From assembly GCF_902713615.1 (NCBI RefSeq), contig NC_052146.1, positions 70,947,238 to 71,011,237 of the forward strand: 64,000 bases of DNA. The letters run 5' to 3'. The DNA comes from Scyliorhinus canicula (Eukaryota). A program made the position numbers and the translations under genes. A model generated the notes under the pieces. That model did no database searches. It saw only the letters and a program-made list of their open reading frames with translations, and had not been told where the DNA came from. The first letter of the stretch is position 1, and the number at the start of each line of letters is the position of its first letter. This document shows positions 60,803 through 64,000 of this stretch, piece by piece.

Positions 60803-61655
60803 GTGCATGTTGATGAGGATTCAGAAGAAATCCAGGTGGAGGACGACAAAGAGTCAGAACAGCAAGCGAACATTCCGCAATTCTGGTTAACAGTCTTCAA
60901 GAACGTGCATGTGCTCAGTGGCATGATACAGGAGCATGATAACCCCATATTAAAGCATCTACAGGATGTGAATGTTAAATTGTCAGAGCATGAGAAGCAG
61001 TGGAGCTTCACTCTGGAGTTTAAGTTCGAGCGCAATGAGTATTTCACAACCGAGTCGATCATACGGTATATCAGATGGATTCATAACCGTTTAAATCATT
61101 TTTTGATGAACCAGAAATCGTGGCATGAATAGGCTGTAAGGTCTACTGGAGGAAGGGCAAAAATGTCACATTGAAAACAATCAAAACTAAACCGAAGTAC
61201 AAAGGTCGAAGCACTCACAGTTACGAAAACTACCAAATTCTTTAATTTCTTCCTGATGTTCCAGCATGGAATGTTAAGCAAAGCTTCAGCAGCCAATCTC
61301 AATGCTGACTTTGAACTGGCAGCTCCCTGCGTGAACACACAATTCCGTGTGCAATTTTTTTTTTACAGGAGAAATCATTGTAGATTATGCTGAATCAGAT
61401 GATGAGTACTACGAATATACATATGATGACTTTGAAGATGAGGCAGAAAGTAATGGCATGGCAAGTGAGACAGATGAAGACCAGTATGAACTGCTCATAG
61501 ATCTTTCTCGCAGGAGCAAAGACGCATTTAATGACAAGGCACAAGAAGCACTACTTTGGTGGTTTGGAAGGAATGACGAGCTGGTCATCAGCGACGCACA
61601 GACCACACTGGACACTGAGAAGAGCAGGAGCTGTGAGATGACGCACTCAAAGTAA
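60803..61655 (+). pseudogene. NAP1L: Intronless NAP1-like (nucleosome assembly protein) pseudogene, C-terminal half
   Basis: IPQFWLTVFKN, IQEHDNPILKHLQD, FTLEFKFERNEYF, W.KGKNVTLKTIK, FFNFF, ADFE, FTGE and an acidic tail. Several frameshifts and a stop. Confidence 0.88.
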
Positions 61656-61986
61656 AAACTGAGATCGCAGTTGCTGAAACCTCAGATGACCAGCCTCTGA
61701 ACAGGCTAGAAACAGATGACATTGTGCCAATCTTAGAGAAGCTTGCTCCAGATTATTAATGCAACCTAATGTTACCTTGAGTCACATTCTGACTTCTCTG
61801 ATTACTGATCTGTGAATCAAAATAATCAAAATCTCAGATCAGATTTCAACAGAAATACAGGACCTGCTGGTGATGGGGCAGATCCATCCAGTTCCCTGCT
61901 TCCAGCCAGTGCCACAGCTGGAGCACCCAACAGCTCGGCCCTTGACCCGCGACTCAGGAGACCCCAGAGCTTAAGTCCGACCTTTA

Positions 61987-62386
61987 ATAGAATTTACAAT
62001 GCAGAAGGAGGCTGTTCGGCCCAACGAGTCTGCACTGGCCCTTGGAAAGTGCACCCTACTTAAACCCAAACCTCCACTCTATCTCCATAACCCCAACTAA
62101 TCTTTTTTGTTCAACACTAAGGATAATTTAGCATGGCCAATTCACTTAACCTGCACATTTAGGGGCTTTTCACAGTAACTTCGTTGAAGCCTACTCGTGA
62201 CAATAAGCGATTTTCATTTCATTTCATCTTTGGACTGTGGGAGGAAACCGGAGACCAGGAGGAAACTCACACAAACACAGGGAGAACACACAGACTCCAC
62301 ACAGACAGTGACCTAAGCCGGGAATCGAACCTGGGACCCTGGAGCTGGGAAGAAACTGTGCTAACCACTGTGCTACTGTGCTGCCC
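61987..62386 (-). mobile_element. SINE containing an opposite-strand tail fragment of the second SINE family (62161-62226)
   Basis: Core and head on minus. The insert reads AGGGGCTTTTCACAGTAACTTC...(CATTT)n. Confidence 0.8.
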
Positions 62387-62459
62387 TTCAGATGACCTTG
62401 ACACTGATTTCCTATCACAGATGTTCCAAGAGCTCTACCACCCCAAAGACACTCACCTC

Positions 62460-62794
62460 GGCTGGTTGGTGGTTAGCACAATTGCTTCACAGTTCCAGGG
62501 TCCCAGGTTTGATTCCCGGCTTGGGTCACTGTACGTGCGGAGTTTACATTTTCTCCCCATCTCTGCGTGGGTTTCCTCTGTGTGCTGCGGTTCCCTCCCA
62601 CAGTCCAAAGATGTGCAGGTTAGGTGGATTGGCCATGCTAAATTGCCCTTGGTGTCCAAAAAGCTTAGGTAGGGTTACTGAGTTACGGGGATAGGGTGGA
62701 GGCATGTGCTTAGATAGTGTGCCCTTTCCAAGGGCTGGTGCAGCCTCGATGGGCCGAATGGCGTCCTTCTGCCTGTAAATTCTATGCTTCTATG
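62460..62794 (+). mobile_element. tRNA-derived SINE
   Basis: Core and TTCTATG tail. Confidence 0.85.
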
Positions 62795-64000
62795 CTTAGT
62801 GTAGAGGCTCCTAGGACACTATCTGATGTGCACCACACAGCTGATCCAGCACATCAGGTGGAGATAGGAACTCCTAAGAGGCGACCGGTCAGATTGCACA
62901 CATACCCCAGGGACTAGCTACTGTCCAGATGGGGTTTGGACAGTCCTATCAATTATGGAGAAGCAGTCACAAAGCCAGGTACTACATGAGCGGTTGTTGG
63001 CGAACATGCAGCACCCACAGATGCAATTGGAGGAGGCCAACCACATGCAGGAGCAGGAGGTAGTGCTGACCATGTGTGCCAACCAGGCCAAGATTGCACG
63101 GGTGGCGTCCATGGTGGAGGCATTGGGAGTAAGGGTTTTGGCTCTGGGTCAGCATGTTCAAGGTCTGGGGCATTCTGTACAGAGACTGGCATGCACTAAT
63201 GCACCGAGCTCTGTGAATTCCCAGACAGGTCGCCTGGAAGGAGCCCATGGCACACAAGTTCAGGGCGACTGTCACCTTGATGTCCACCATATGGCACATA
63301 TGTCACACTGTCCCCCTGCTCAGCCGGAGGCTTCAATGGCATGCCTGGTCCGTCAGGTCCTCGAATGACAGGCACTGCCAGTACCATGCGAGGCCTCATG
63401 CAGTGCCTCCTTTGCATCTCCTTCTCCTCCTCCACGGCCTGTTGGGCGGCTGGCTCTTGATCCTCAGCAACTGCTTCCTGTTCCTCTGGGGCAACCTCTG
63501 CTGCTGCAGCTTCTTCCTTCTAGAGTAGCTCCAGCTTGTACAGTCGCAGTCCTTCCATCAGGGCTGCGGCTACTAGGAGGAAGGCCACCATTGCTGGTTA
63601 TATTGCAATACCTATTGTCTGCAGGGTTCGAAAGGCTGACATGTTAGCATGGTGCGTACTCTCCTGCACAACCAGGTCCGCCAGGCTACACGATGGCCCT
63701 GGCTGGCATTGTGGATTTTGCTCTTACATGTTTCCCCACCCTTCCACCCTCGATTCCCGTACACCTGGCCCCACTGGTGCCAGGCTTCAGTGCCCTGGTG
63801 CCCGTCTCTGCGGCCGAGGGACACTGCATGGCTGACGGGAGTTATACACTGTGGTCATGGCTGATGATGCCTATTCTGGTGCCAATGCCAGCGGTACACT
63901 CCATGGCCCCTGTCTGGCGTCTCCCCATAATAGCTACTGTGGACGTTGTCCTTGGCTGGCCCTGCTGGTGAGAGGTGGCCAATTAGGATCGGGTGTGGTA

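Larger units (their letters stand above)
61858..64000. mobile_element. PIF/Harbinger-type element, copy 3: accessory ORF 3' part on + joined by deletion to the transposase N-terminus on -; two SINEs inserted
   Basis: Minus strand ...RPR..RQCLSFEDL...KVTVALNLCAMGSFQ (HARBI1-like motif) at ~63230-63630. The plus-strand coiled-coil ORF matches 4500-4800. Confidence 0.75.

Noticed and set aside
12306-62794. tRNA genes
   Set aside because: All tRNA-like A/B-box hits are SINE heads followed by SINE core and tail. No complete cloverleaf was seen.
1-64000. CRISPR arrays, rRNA genes or prokaryotic systems
   Set aside because: No regularly spaced repeat-spacer array or rRNA-like sequence. The window is vertebrate genomic DNA.

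Overview
Repeat-dominated vertebrate genomic DNA, almost certainly from a shark. That call is an inference from the elasmobranch HE1/V-SINE-type SINEs, the CR1 families and the light-chain type. The one clear host gene is a complete minus-strand immunoglobulin light-chain cluster of the cartilaginous-fish lambda (type II/NS3-like) class. It has an octamer/TATA promoter, a leader exon (50539-50587), a V-J exon already joined in frame with no RSS (50063-50410), a 2.5-kb J-C intron, a C exon (47196-47518) and a poly(A) signal. About 9.5 kb away, in the same orientation, lies a decayed paralogue of the J-C intron (~57000-58840) with no recognisable exons. The rest is nested mobile DNA, and the boundaries could often be read exactly from target-site duplications (TSDs). 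It includes a Gmr1-like Gypsy element with integrase before RT, inserted in a Harbinger transposase, and a FLYWCH-MULE inserted in another Harbinger. There is also a full-length 6-kb L1, a solo LTR, CR1 fragments and many SINEs. Three fold-back Penelope insertions are present, one of them a 1.87-kb near-perfect palindrome, and minimal hammerhead-ribozyme motifs occur in three Penelope-type terminal-repeat families. An intronless NAP1-like pseudogene directly abuts a Gypsy gag-protease remnant. All identities and alignments were judged by eye; no database search was run.
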